Origin: an archaeon | GTDB lineage: Archaea; Nanobdellota; Nanobdellia; Pacearchaeales; GW2011-AR1 | Length of the DNA stretch: 64,000 nt | Direction: 5' to 3' | NCBI GenBank assembly: GCA_043797265.1 | Contig: JAZDPV010000012.1 | Span: forward strand, 13,875-77,874 | In this document: piece after piece, positions 16,580 to 25,456 of the stretch | How positions within the stretch are numbered: the first letter of the stretch is position 1 | Layout of the letters: each line of letters begins with the position of its first letter | Made by a program: the position numbers and the translations under genes | The notes under the pieces: generated by a model | Databases searched by the model: none | What the model was told of the DNA's origin: nothing | Seen by the model: only the letters and a program-made list of their open reading frames with translations

Positions 16580-16918
16580 ATGTTCTTCAAAAAGAAAAAA
16601 AGAATGATCGACGTCCGCGAACTTCAAAAAAGAGGCGTCGTCAGAATCCCAAAAAAAGACATAGTCGTCCCGACAAACCGCGACGGCTTCGTGGAATTCG
16701 GCTCAAAAAACCGACCAACGACCAGCAACCAACAAACAACAAACTCGGAACTCTTCGGCTTTATGGACACGACCAACTCCCGACTACCAAACCCCGACTC
16801 CCGAATCACCAACCTCGACAACAAAATCTACAAACTCGAACAACGAATCGAACTTCTCGAAAAAAAACTTAACATCAACAACTCAACCGAACAAAAACTC
16901 GGACCAATGGGCTGGTAA
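16580..16918 (+). CDS. hypothetical protein with C-terminal coiled coil
   Basis: TATA TTTTTATATA lies about 25 nt upstream. Confidence 0.45.
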   Translation: MFFKKKKRMIDVRELQKRGVVRIPKKDIVVPTNRDGFVEFGSKNRPTTSNQQTTNSELFGFMDTTNSRLPNPDSRITNLDNKIYKLEQRIELLEKKLNINNSTEQKLGPMGW

Positions 16919-16928
16919 ATCACAAACA

Positions 16929-18644
16929 ATGACAAACGAAACGACCACCTCGCCAATTCCAAAAGAATTAGTGCGAGCCCACGCTCTCGAAAACGCAATA
17001 AACCACGACGGCAAACCAAATCAAAACGCAATCCTGTCCGCGCTCTTCTCCGAAGGCCTCGAAAAATCCCAAATCAAAAACATAATCCCCATAATCCAAG
17101 AAGTAATTCAAGAATTAAACAATCTCCCCCTCAAAGAACAAAAAGAAATCTTCAAAAAACTCGAATATAAAATATCAAAAAGGGAAATAAGAGTAGGACT
17201 CAAAAAACTTCCAAACGCCGAAGAAAAAAAAGTAGTAATGCGATTGGCTCCCTTCCCATCCGGCCCGCTCCACATCGGTAACGCCCGAACCGCAATCCTC
17301 AACGACGAATACGCAAAAATGTACAACGGCAAATTCATAATCGTGATGGACGACACAATCGGCTCCGAAGAAAAACCAATCCAGCCCGAAGCATACGAAC
17401 TAATCAAAGAAGGCCTCGAATGGCTCGACGTCAAATTCGAAAAAAAAATAATTTACAAATCCAACCGCACAAAACAATATTACAAATACGCCGAAGAAAT
17501 GCTCAAAAAAGGTTACCTCTACGTCTGCCACTGTGACCAAGACCAAATGCACAAACTCAAAATCAAAGGTATTGCGTGCCCATGTCGAGAACTCACTCCC
17601 GACGAGCAAATCAAAAGATGGAAACAAATGTTCAAAGCAAAAGAAGGCACAGCAACAGTCCGGCTCAAAACAAACATGCAGGACCCCGACCCGGCATTCC
17701 GCGACAGAGTAATGTTTAAAATTTCAGACCGCCCGCACCCAAGAACCAAAACCAAATTCCGGATATACCCGTCGATGGAATTCTCTTGGGCAATCGACGA
17801 CCACGTTCTCGGCGTCACTCACGTCCTCAGGGGCATGGAACACCACATGTCAACCCGCGTCCAAAATTTCATCCGAAAAATATTCGACTGGCCAAACCCC
17901 GAATCAATCTACAACGGCCACTTCGCAATCAAAGGCATCAAAATCTCAAAATCAAAAGGCGCTCAAGAAGTCAAATCAAAAGTATACCAAGGATGGAACG
18001 ACCCGCGAACATGGTCCCTCCAATCCCTTCGCGACCGCGGCATAACAAAACAAGCAATAAGACAATTCATCCTCGGCCTCGGCATGCGCCAAACCAACAT
18101 CACCGTCCCAATCGAAACCCTCTACGCCCTCAACAGAAAAATTCTCAATAACGCCCAAAGATATTTCTTCGTCGAGCAACCAGAAAAAATCACAATCAAC
18201 GGATGCCCCCACCTCACCGCAAAAATCCCGCTCCATCCCGACGGCAAACACGGCACACGCGAATATCAAACAACCCAAAACTTCCTAATCCCAAAAACCG
18301 ACTTCGACATAATGCAAAACGGAAACTACCGGCTCATGCACCTTCTCAACTTCAAATCCGAGAACATCCTTAAAACAAAACCGCGAACATTCTCTTTCAT
18401 TTCTACCGAACAACGAACAGCGAACAACGAACAGCGAATTAAGTATCTACAATGGCTCCCCGCCGACGCTGAAAATATCAAAATCGAAATCACAATGCCC
18501 GATGGCTCAAAAACAAAAGGTCTCGGCGAACAAAAACTAACCGAACTAAAAGAAAAAACAATAATCCAATTCGAACGATTCGGCTTCGTCAGACTCCACG
18601 AAAAACAAAAAAACAAACTCGAATTCTGGTTCGCTCACAATTAA
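16929..18644 (+). CDS. gltX: glutamyl-tRNA synthetase, archaeal type
   Basis: PFPSGPLHIGNARTAILN is the HIGH motif and KISKSKG is the KMSKS motif. The N-terminal extension is about 95 aa. Confidence 0.9.
   Translation: MTNETTTSPIPKELVRAHALENAINHDGKPNQNAILSALFSEGLEKSQIKNIIPIIQEVIQELNNLPLKEQKEIFKKLEYKISKREIRVGLKKLPNAEEKKVVMRLAPFPSGPLHIGNARTAILNDEYAKMYNGKFIIVMDDTIGSEEKPIQPEAYELIKEGLEWLDVKFEKKIIYKSNRTKQYYKYAEEMLKKGYLYVCHCDQDQMHKLKIKGIACPCRELTPDEQIKRWKQMFKAKEGTATVRLKTNMQDPDPAFRDRVMFKISDRPHPRTKTKFRIYPSMEFSWAIDDHVLGVTHVLRGMEHHMSTRVQNFIRKIFDWPNPESIYNGHFAIKGIKISKSKGAQEVKSKVYQGWNDPRTWSLQSLRDRGITKQAIRQFILGLGMRQTNITVPIETLYALNRKILNNAQRYFFVEQPEKITINGCPHLTAKIPLHPDGKHGTREYQTTQNFLIPKTDFDIMQNGNYRLMHLLNFKSENILKTKPRTFSFISTEQRTANNEQRIKYLQWLPADAENIKIEITMPDGSKTKGLGEQKLTELKEKTIIQFERFGFVRLHEKQKNKLEFWFAHN
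18407..18441. repeat. heptad array inside gltX
   Basis: cgaacaa cgaacag cgaacaa cgaacag cgaatta, read in frame as TEQRTANNEQRI. Confidence 0.85.
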
Positions 18645-19243
18645 CCTTTCTTCTTCGGAACATAAAAAATCAATCGCCCAACTTTCTCAACCGGCTCCAA
18701 ACCATTCCAATATTTATCATTTGGTTTCGCAATTGAAACATCATGATAAGCAATAATTTCTTTCTCTCTTGGAACGCCCAAAATCTCTCCGTCAAAAATC
18801 GCCCTCGCATCCTCACGACACTTCTCGTAAACTATCTTCTCATACCCGTTCATCGGCAACTTCCCAATCACTTGCTTCCAATTCCTATTCACATTATCAA
18901 AAACACAACTAAACGCATTTTTCTCATAAACAACCCCATGAACACTATTCTGATAATCGGGACTCCTTACTCTATTTAAAATCACTCTCGCAATAAATTT
19001 TCTTCCTCGACTAGACTGATTAGCCGCCTCGCCATACAAAACATTTTGCAATTCCTTAATATCTTCAGAACAATACTTTGTCCCAGCCACCTCCGACGGA
19101 CAAACCAACTTTTTTTCAACACCACCAGCGGGGCCAGATGAAACACTTCTATTCCCACCAAGCAACAAAAGCGGCACAGCCCCAACCGCGACAGTCCCTA
19201 AAAACCAATTTCTCAAATCATGATTTCTTTTTTTATTAACCAT
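18641..19243 (-). CDS. SleB/CwlJ-family cell-wall hydrolase domain protein with N-terminal membrane anchor
   Basis: LYGEAANQSSRGRKFIARVILNRVRSPDYQNSVHGVVYEKNAFSCV matches the Hydrolase_2 signature. The N-terminal helix is WFLGTVAVGAVPLLLLG. Confidence 0.7.
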   Translation of the reverse strand: MVNKKRNHDLRNWFLGTVAVGAVPLLLLGGNRSVSSGPAGGVEKKLVCPSEVAGTKYCSEDIKELQNVLYGEAANQSSRGRKFIARVILNRVRSPDYQNSVHGVVYEKNAFSCVFDNVNRNWKQVIGKLPMNGYEKIVYEKCREDARAIFDGEILGVPREKEIIAYHDVSIAKPNDKYWNGLEPVEKVGRLIFYVPKKKG

Positions 19244-19310
19244 AAAAAATCAAACCCGCGCCATTTTTAAATCTTTCTATTGTAACCACTAACTAATAAC
19301 ACCACAACCA

Positions 19311-19405
19311 CACGGACGGCGAAGCCGCCAAAGATATAACAACGAAGTTGCCCAAATTCTCTCCCCCGTCCTCCCCCACCCTCGCGAAGCGCAAAGCGTT
19401 TTGCG
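19311..19405. repeat. multi-hairpin element copy 2 (lacks first hairpin) plus terminal hairpin
   Basis: cggc-GAA-gccg, aaagatat, aacaac-GAA-gttgcc, caaattc, C-rich tract, cgc-GAA-gcg, then cgcaaa-gcgt-tttgcg, which abuts the stop at 19406. Confidence 0.8.
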
Positions 19406-19807
19406 TCAGCAACAATACAACTTCTCTTTATCAACATCCCCTTTTCCAAACGGATTACCAAACTTCCTAACATTCGCAATCATCTCCTCATTCCCCTTCA
19501 AACCCCTCCCCCTCAAAACCATCGCCTCCCGCGCTTTTCTAACAGCGTCGCAAACTTTAATCCCAATCGGACATTTCTCTTCGCACGCCCGACACAAACT
19601 GCACTCAAACAAAATCTTGTCCATAATCTTGTCCGACAACAAAATCGCCTTCCCCCTCGCCGAAAATTCCTCTTCCTTCAAAACTCCAAACACCGGACAC
19701 AACCCCTTACATATCCCACACCTCACACATCCCTCAAAAATCTCACTCGCTTCCTCCATTAAATTATCCGCTTCAATTTTTTCCGATTCATTAATCTTTT
19801 TTCCCAT
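19406..19807 (-). CDS. 4Fe-4S dicluster ferredoxin-domain protein (GlcF/HdrD N-terminal-like)
   Basis: Two cluster motifs, CVRCGICKGLCP and CSLCRACEEKCP. The start was chosen at MGKKINE. Confidence 0.7.
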   Translation of the reverse strand: MGKKINESEKIEADNLMEEASEIFEGCVRCGICKGLCPVFGVLKEEEFSARGKAILLSDKIMDKILFECSLCRACEEKCPIGIKVCDAVRKAREAMVLRGRGLKGNEEMIANVRKFGNPFGKGDVDKEKLYCC

Positions 19808-20390
19808 CATAACTCCCAACGCATTTATCCAAATCATCCTTCTTTAAAACCAAATATCTAAACGCCCCCGCCCTCAAATCCCGAGAATATCCCCTCGAAA
19901 TCGAAACACTAATAACTTCTTTCTTATGACTCTTAATTAATTTCATCGCCGGAAGAAAATCCGCATCCCCGCTAATCAAAACACAAACATCACAAACCCC
20001 ATCCAACAAACACAACTTAACCATATCCGACGCTATCAAAACATCAATCCCCTTCTCGACCCTAATAACCTTGCCATCAACCTTAATCTTCTTCAAATGA
20101 GCAGTGCTAACAACCAATCCTTTCTGCTTCATCCCCGCCAAAAAAACCATATGCTTGTAATACATCTCCTCTCCCATCTCAATATCCGGAATCGAATTAT
20201 AATACCTGACCTCAATCAAACTCAAGCCAAATTTATCACAAACCACTCTCGCAACCTTCCTAACGTCAACAACCCTCGGCTTCCGAAAAACAGTCTTCAC
20301 ATTATGATACCAATTATTCCCATCGACAAACACAATCGCTTTTTTATTAACCATATTAGAAAAGGTAAAGCCCGGCATTCCTTTCGTCAT
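19791..20390 (-). CDS. NYN-domain (LabA-like) protein
   Basis: KKAIVFVDGNNWYHN ... EKGIDVLIASDM ... LISGDADFLPAM. Confidence 0.75.
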   Translation of the reverse strand: MTKGMPGFTFSNMVNKKAIVFVDGNNWYHNVKTVFRKPRVVDVRKVARVVCDKFGLSLIEVRYYNSIPDIEMGEEMYYKHMVFLAGMKQKGLVVSTAHLKKIKVDGKVIRVEKGIDVLIASDMVKLCLLDGVCDVCVLISGDADFLPAMKLIKSHKKEVISVSISRGYSRDLRAGAFRYLVLKKDDLDKCVGSYDGKKD

Positions 20391-20441
20391 ACCGGGGAGG
20401 TAATCCTAAATAAAGCCCTCCAATATATTTAAATCTTTCCA

Positions 20442-21104
20442 TCACAACTCCCCCTCCACTTCCTTAACATACCTCTCAGCAAATTCCTTGACAAAATCGT
20501 ACCGACCCCAAGCAATCTCTTTTGCCTTATCGGTCTTGAAAAATTCCGGTCGCAATTTCAAAATCTTTTCATAAATATGATTAATTACCGACGACTTGCT
20601 CCCATCATAAACTTCTTTCACTGGTATACCCGAATCATAAATCGGAACGCCCCATTCAACTGAAGCCTGAACCATCCTGACAAGAATAGTAGCACCCAAT
20701 GCGTCCAACCTATCCGCATCCTGCAAAACCTCTGCCTCACGAGTTTCAGCCCTCAACCCCTTGCTATACCTATGAACTGCAACCGCATGAACAACTTTCC
20801 CAATTTTCTCCTCGGGAAAACCCATCTCTTTCAAAATCACACCAGCCATCCTCGCGCCCTCTTCGGCATGACAAACATTACCTTCATCAGAACTCAAAGC
20901 AATTCCTCCTTTTTCTTTTCCCCTGGCAACATCATGCAAAAGAACAGCCGCCCGAACAACATCCATATCAACATCCTCGCCCTCGCTAATCTTCATAGCT
21001 AAATTATAAACTCTCTCAACATGATCAAACCCATGCCCATCCCCTATCTCAAAATACGGCAACACCCTCTTCCTCAACCTCGCGAAAAATTCCTCATCCA
21101 TCAT
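20442..21104 (-). CDS. HD-domain phosphohydrolase
   Basis: GHGFDHVERV ... LLHDVAR ... DADRLDALG. Confidence 0.8.
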   Translation of the reverse strand: MMDEEFFARLRKRVLPYFEIGDGHGFDHVERVYNLAMKISEGEDVDMDVVRAAVLLHDVARGKEKGGIALSSDEGNVCHAEEGARMAGVILKEMGFPEEKIGKVVHAVAVHRYSKGLRAETREAEVLQDADRLDALGATILVRMVQASVEWGVPIYDSGIPVKEVYDGSKSSVINHIYEKILKLRPEFFKTDKAKEIAWGRYDFVKEFAERYVKEVEGEL

Positions 21105-22246
21105 ATTACTTTATTAATATTAAATTTATTCAACGGGTCCGTCCTCTTCTTAATATTAATCAAAATTTTCTTATCATTAACGTCGACAAACTCTCTCTTC
21201 AAAATCCCAATCCCATGCTCCCCGCTAATCGACCCGCCCAGCCTCTTAACTAATTTTACCATCTCTGGTATAAACTTTTCTTGCTCTTTACTAAAACAAG
21301 GATGAAGTATACCAACTCCAATATGCCCAAAAACAGGTATACCTCTTTCCTCTACCCACTCAACTAACTTCACAAACCTATCAATAATAATCTTTGGATC
21401 CTCAATTCTGGTATAACCCTCCCCCGCAGCCCACGGATAAACCCTATCTCTCATCTCCATCAACTCATTATACTCCTTTCCATCAACCCATTTCCATTTA
21501 CTCATCTCAATTTCTCGGCGGCTCCCGGTCTCGCACTCTACAATCAAATAATAACCTTCGACTAACCCAAGCCCAACGCTAATCTTCTTGTCTAAAAACT
21601 CAATCATCGAAACCGCAGAATTCCTTTTCAAACTCCGAACAACCGAAACAATCTCATCAAGACTTTCAAACTTCACCAACGTTGCGATTCTATTTTTCAA
21701 CGACGACAACTTCAAACAAGCCCGAACAATCACTCCACTAATCCCTTCCATCCCGGCGTAATCACTCAACTCCATCACACCCTTCCGATGAACCTCACCG
21801 CTCCCGTCGACAATCTCAACCCACTTCACCCAATTCGAAGTCCGCCCATACTTTATCGCCCGAGCACCAACAGCGTCGGTAGCAATCATCCCGCCAATCG
21901 TCGCAACCGAATGACTCGACGGCTTCACCGGAAACTCCAAACCAAATTTCTTCAAATAACCCTGCAACTCATCCAAAATAACTCCCGCCCCAACCTCAAC
22001 CGTTTTTTTTTCTTTATCAAGCCCGCCAATCCCATCCATCTTTGACAAATCCAAAACAACATCCAAACCATTCTGTGGAACCGCCCCACCGCTCAACCCC
22101 GTCCCGCCCCCGCGAATCACAACCCTCCTCGCACTCGCAACAATCCTGCAAACCTCCGCGACATTCCTCGGATGCACAACGTCCAACGCCCGCCCCTCAA
22201 CTCCAGACGCATCCAACTCATAAGCCCTAATTAAATTTTTATTCAT
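21101..22246 (-). CDS. FAD-linked oxidase (GlcD / D-lactate dehydrogenase-like)
   Basis: The FAD_binding_4 segment is VVIRGGGTGLSGGAVP. The gene has ATGA overlaps with both neighbours. Confidence 0.8.
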   Translation of the reverse strand: MNKNLIRAYELDASGVEGRALDVVHPRNVAEVCRIVASARRVVIRGGGTGLSGGAVPQNGLDVVLDLSKMDGIGGLDKEKKTVEVGAGVILDELQGYLKKFGLEFPVKPSSHSVATIGGMIATDAVGARAIKYGRTSNWVKWVEIVDGSGEVHRKGVMELSDYAGMEGISGVIVRACLKLSSLKNRIATLVKFESLDEIVSVVRSLKRNSAVSMIEFLDKKISVGLGLVEGYYLIVECETGSRREIEMSKWKWVDGKEYNELMEMRDRVYPWAAGEGYTRIEDPKIIIDRFVKLVEWVEERGIPVFGHIGVGILHPCFSKEQEKFIPEMVKLVKRLGGSISGEHGIGILKREFVDVNDKKILINIKKRTDPLNKFNINKVI

Positions 22247-22605
22247 TTCAAGCACCTTATTAAATCATCACGCTTAATAATTTTAAACCTATTTTTCTCC
22301 GTCCTTAACTCTTTAGAATAACCCTCAATCACAGAACAAGAAACGCAATCACGCCCCAATTCCTTTGTTTTAACAATTAACCCATCCTTCCTTAAGATAT
22401 CAATAAATTTTTTATGCTTCCAAAAAGATTTGCTATTCTCGCTAGGCACAGAATTATAATATTTAACATAAACCAATTCTAAACCAAAGCCAAAACAAAT
22501 CAACTTAGCAAGCTTTCTAAAATCAATATCCCCTAATCCCTCTAATGCTATCTTGGAATTATGATACCAATTATTCCCATCAATAAAAACAATAGCTCGT
22601 TTCAT
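22243..22605 (-). CDS. NYN-domain paralog lacking the central catalytic segment
   Basis: The N-terminus MKRAIVFIDGNNWYHN and the C-terminus align to the 19791 paralog, but the EKGIDV...GDADF core is missing. The stop overlaps the glcD-like ATG. Confidence 0.55.
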   Translation of the reverse strand: MKRAIVFIDGNNWYHNSKIALEGLGDIDFRKLAKLICFGFGLELVYVKYYNSVPSENSKSFWKHKKFIDILRKDGLIVKTKELGRDCVSCSVIEGYSKELRTEKNRFKIIKRDDLIRCLK

Positions 22606-22694
22606 AAAAAAAGTGCCTAGCGTTCAAGACGATAGGCGGTTATTACTTCTACTAACCAACCCCCCTTTTTATATTTTTCTCTTCATCCCCCGAC

Positions 22695-22732
22695 ACATCC
22701 AACTCATAAACCTTCATCAAATTTTTATTCAT
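22695..22732 (-). other. duplicated 5' fragment of the glcD-like gene
   Basis: 33 of 38 nt are identical to 22209-22246, the start of the FAD oxidase gene. It reads MNKNLMKVYELD against MNKNLIRAYELD. Confidence 0.7.
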
Positions 22733-22767
22733 CTTTATCTAATCCCTCCAAATACCTTTCTAAAAAA

Positions 22768-22800
22768 TCCGTGTTAGTCCGTGTTAGTCCGTGTGCTATT
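22768..22800. repeat. decamer array ending in GCTATT
   Basis: tccgtgttag tccgtgttag tccgtgtgct att. On the - strand this is AATAGCACACGGAC TAACACGGAC TAACACGGA followed by T6. Confidence 0.9.
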
Positions 22801-22825
22801 ATTCTCTCATATAAGTTACACCTCT

Positions 22826-23560
22826 TCATCTCATCTCCTTAAGTTTTCTCAAAACAAAATCCGAAAACTCAATCGACTTCTCCGTCGCTGATTTAATATT
22901 AGCATAACATAAACCGCACGGCGAAATAACTCCATTAACCCAATCAGGAATTTCAGAAACCTTCTTCTTCACAACCATTTTCGCAACACTCGGAAAATTC
23001 GCACGCATCCCACCCCCAGCCCCGCAACAAATCGCGTCCTTTCGATTCAATTCAAACTCAAAAACTTTTCCACCCAATCTCTCAATCACCTCACGCGGCT
23101 CCTCATAAATCCCGCTATACCGCCCAAGATGACACGGGTCGTGATACGCAACCAACTCCCTCTCCCTATCCTCGCCCCTCCATTTAATATTTTTCTTCTT
23201 CAACGCATTCAGAATCGCAACCGTCGCGTGCTCAACCTCAATATCCCAACCCTTAACAAACTCCGGATAAATTTCTTTGAAAGTATGATAACACGACGGA
23301 CAATTAGTAATAATTTTCTTAATCCTATTTTTCTTAAACAAATCAAAATTCTTATTCGCCAATTTCCGCGCATCCTTCCGATAACCCGCATTCAAAACCG
23401 GCAACCCGCAACAAACCTCATCCATCGGCAACATCACAAAATCAATCCCCAACCGATTAAAAATCTCCTTGTAATTCTCCAACTCCGTCGACAAAACCCC
23501 CCTCGTCAAACATCCCGGATAATACAACGTCTTCTTCCCAAACAATCCAAACAACCCCAT
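22826..23560 (-). CDS. CCG-domain (cysteine-rich) Fe-S oxidoreductase subunit, GlcF/LutA C-terminal-like
   Basis: YYPGC, CCG, YHDPCHLGR and CCGAGGG are present. The start was chosen at MGLFGLFGKK because the upstream part of the ORF track crosses a repeat element. Confidence 0.75.
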   Translation of the reverse strand: MGLFGLFGKKTLYYPGCLTRGVLSTELENYKEIFNRLGIDFVMLPMDEVCCGLPVLNAGYRKDARKLANKNFDLFKKNRIKKIITNCPSCYHTFKEIYPEFVKGWDIEVEHATVAILNALKKKNIKWRGEDRERELVAYHDPCHLGRYSGIYEEPREVIERLGGKVFEFELNRKDAICCGAGGGMRANFPSVAKMVVKKKVSEIPDWVNGVISPCGLCYANIKSATEKSIEFSDFVLRKLKEMR

Positions 23561-23584
23561 ATCAAAACCCTCCTCCACACACAC

Positions 23585-23680
23585 CGCGCGACGCGACGAA
23601 GCCGCCAAGATATGGCAACGAAGTTGCCCAAATAGCGAAGCCGTCGAAGATATGAGAGCGAAGCTCTCCAAATTTTCCCT
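23585..23680. repeat. multi-hairpin element copy 3 (module duplicated, no C-rich tail)
   Basis: cgcg-cga-cgcg, cgac-GAA-gccg, aagatat, ggcaac-GAA-gttgcc, caaat, agcgaagccgtcg, aagatat, gagagc-GAA-gctctc, caaattttccc. Confidence 0.8.
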
Positions 23681-23762
23681 TCTCTAAATTATTTCCAAAA
23701 TCTAAAACCTTGCAAAGCACCATCCAAAACAAACAAAACAACACTACTTAAAATTTATTATA

Positions 23763-24833
23763 CTAAACAAACCCAATCGCCCTTATAAAAATATACGAAG
23801 CAAGACCCACAAGCAACAACCCCGAAATTAATTTCATATACCTCCTGTTCGAAACCGTCCAACTCTGCAACTTCTCCGTCGACGTCCCTCTATAAATCAA
23901 ATAAGTCAAAATAATCAAAGGCAAAACAAAAATTAAATTATAAATCAAAAGATACCCCACTCCAAAACTCTTATGAATAGACATCACCGTCAAAATCCCA
24001 ATATAAATCTCGCCCGTACAAGGCAATTCAAAAAGCGAAACAACAACTCCCAAAATAATAATCGAAACCAGACTCCCTTCTGCCATAAATCTCTCAATAA
24101 TCGGCTTAACCCTCGAAGAAATCCTGAGTGTCACACCCTTCCCATACCAAAAAACATCCTTCAACTGCAAGAGCCCAAAAACAAAAATAAACACAGCAAC
24201 AACAAGATAAAAATAATAAAAACCAATCGAAGAAGAAAACCTATCAATCACACCATAAAGTCCCCATCCTATAAAAAAATAAACAACAAAAACAACAAAA
24301 CTATAAATCAGCCCCGCCCTCAACGCCCGACGAGCCGAACCCATTCCAAGCAAGCTCGCCATCAAAAATATCAAAACCCCAAACGCACACGGATTAATCG
24401 AATCAACAATCGCTGCAACCAAAACCGAACCAATCGTAACCCCTGTATCAGAACCAGCACCATCTAAATCAATAACAACACCGCCCCCATTCAGAACCCT
24501 CTCCTCCAACGTCTCAATTATAGGAATATCACCCATCAAATAAGAATACTTGCCATCCTGCTCAATAACCGCAAAAGGCCAACCCCTCTGGCTAATTCCA
24601 AACTCATCACAAAACTTATTAAACAAATCCCGGCTATCCTGGTCCTCATACAAATTAAACTTTTCAACAGAAACACCGTCGATCAAAGCAACCTCATCAA
24701 ACACACCCGAATCATCAACAGCCGCACAATGAGAACAACCAGTTGAATAAAAATAGCTAACACTCGTCTCAGGCACAGCCGACACAACCCCAACTAAAAA
24801 CAAAACAATCAACGCAATCAAAAACTTCTTCAT
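23763..24833 (-). CDS. thioredoxin-like domain fused to CcdA/DsbD-type transmembrane thiol-disulfide transporter
   Basis: It has a signal/anchor MKKFLIALIVLFLVGVVSA, a CxxC motif (GCSHC), and transmembrane PC motifs INPCAFGVL and ELPCTGEIY. Confidence 0.75.
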   Translation of the reverse strand: MKKFLIALIVLFLVGVVSAVPETSVSYFYSTGCSHCAAVDDSGVFDEVALIDGVSVEKFNLYEDQDSRDLFNKFCDEFGISQRGWPFAVIEQDGKYSYLMGDIPIIETLEERVLNGGGVVIDLDGAGSDTGVTIGSVLVAAIVDSINPCAFGVLIFLMASLLGMGSARRALRAGLIYSFVVFVVYFFIGWGLYGVIDRFSSSIGFYYFYLVVAVFIFVFGLLQLKDVFWYGKGVTLRISSRVKPIIERFMAEGSLVSIIILGVVVSLFELPCTGEIYIGILTVMSIHKSFGVGYLLIYNLIFVLPLIILTYLIYRGTSTEKLQSWTVSNRRYMKLISGLLLVGLASYIFIRAIGFV

Positions 24834-24875
24834 TACAATCTCTAACAAACTAACTTTAAAAACCTTAAGATGAAA

Positions 24876-25151
24876 CTAATTACTTATCTTAATTGCCTTC
24901 CCATTAACAACAGCATCAGCAATTTTATTCCGCCCGCTCTTCAAAACCCTCGACAAAGTAGACTGAGAAATCTGCATCTTCTTTCCAGCATCTTCTTGCG
25001 AAACACCATTCAAATCAATCAAACGAATCGCCTCAAACTCCGCCAACTCCAACACAGACTCCTCTAAATCAATCATCCTTATTCCAGCAGGCTTAAAATA
25101 AGAAGAATTGGGTCGACCCCTAACTCTTCTCCTTAAACACGGCCTAGGCAT
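24876..25151 (-). CDS. DUF134 (UPF0251) DNA-binding protein
   Basis: MPRPCLRRRVRGRPNSSYFKPAG ... EFEAIRLIDLNGVSQEDAGKKMQISQSTLSRVL matches the family signature. Confidence 0.8.
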   Translation of the reverse strand: MPRPCLRRRVRGRPNSSYFKPAGIRMIDLEESVLELAEFEAIRLIDLNGVSQEDAGKKMQISQSTLSRVLKSGRNKIADAVVNGKAIKISN

Positions 25152-25195
25152 TTTTCAAAAACAAATGTCTCAATGAAACATTCACCAATGTTACT

Positions 25196-25351
25196 TTAGG
25201 CATTTCGAGCCCTAAAGCCTCGTCCACGCCCACAACCTACTCGACGGCCTCGTCCTCGAACAACAACCGGCTCCGCATCCTCGCAGTCGCCCATTTGTCG
25301 TCCAGTCCTCGGCCCTTTCCCTTCTGGTCCTGTTCCGTCTCTATTTGGCAT
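25196..25351 (-). CDS. DUF5320-family small protein (51 aa)
   Basis: Hand translation gives MPNRDGTGPEGKGPRTGRQMGDCEDAEP..., with the typical MPxxDGTGPxGxGPxTGR start. It is below the ORF-track cutoff. Confidence 0.7.
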   Translation of the reverse strand: MPNRDGTGPEGKGPRTGRQMGDCEDAEPVVVRGRGRRVGCGRGRGFRARNA

Positions 25352-25372
25352 TGTATTTTTCTCCCATTTTAG

Positions 25373-25392
25373 TTATGAATATACATTCATAA
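25373..25392. promoter_or_regulatory. candidate operator: 8-bp perfect inverted repeat between TATA and start
   Basis: TTATGAAT-atac-ATTCATAA lies 4-23 nt downstream of the TATA (- strand GATTTAAATAG at 25396-25406) of the DUF5320/DUF134 operon. Confidence 0.4.
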
Positions 25393-25456
25393 TACTATTT
25401 AAATCTTTCTAAAATTAATTTTCTCTTTCTCTCATACGCCTCAATAAAAAATAAAT

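Noticed and set aside
23561-23671. N-terminal extensions suggested by the ORF track: 37 extra codons on the CCG-domain gene, 52 F/C-rich codons on the PHP gene at 36805-36960, and 33 codons on pyrG at 27080-27178.
   Set aside because: The extensions cross repeat elements or promoter regions, have implausible composition, and conserved N-termini or signal peptides begin at the internal ATGs.
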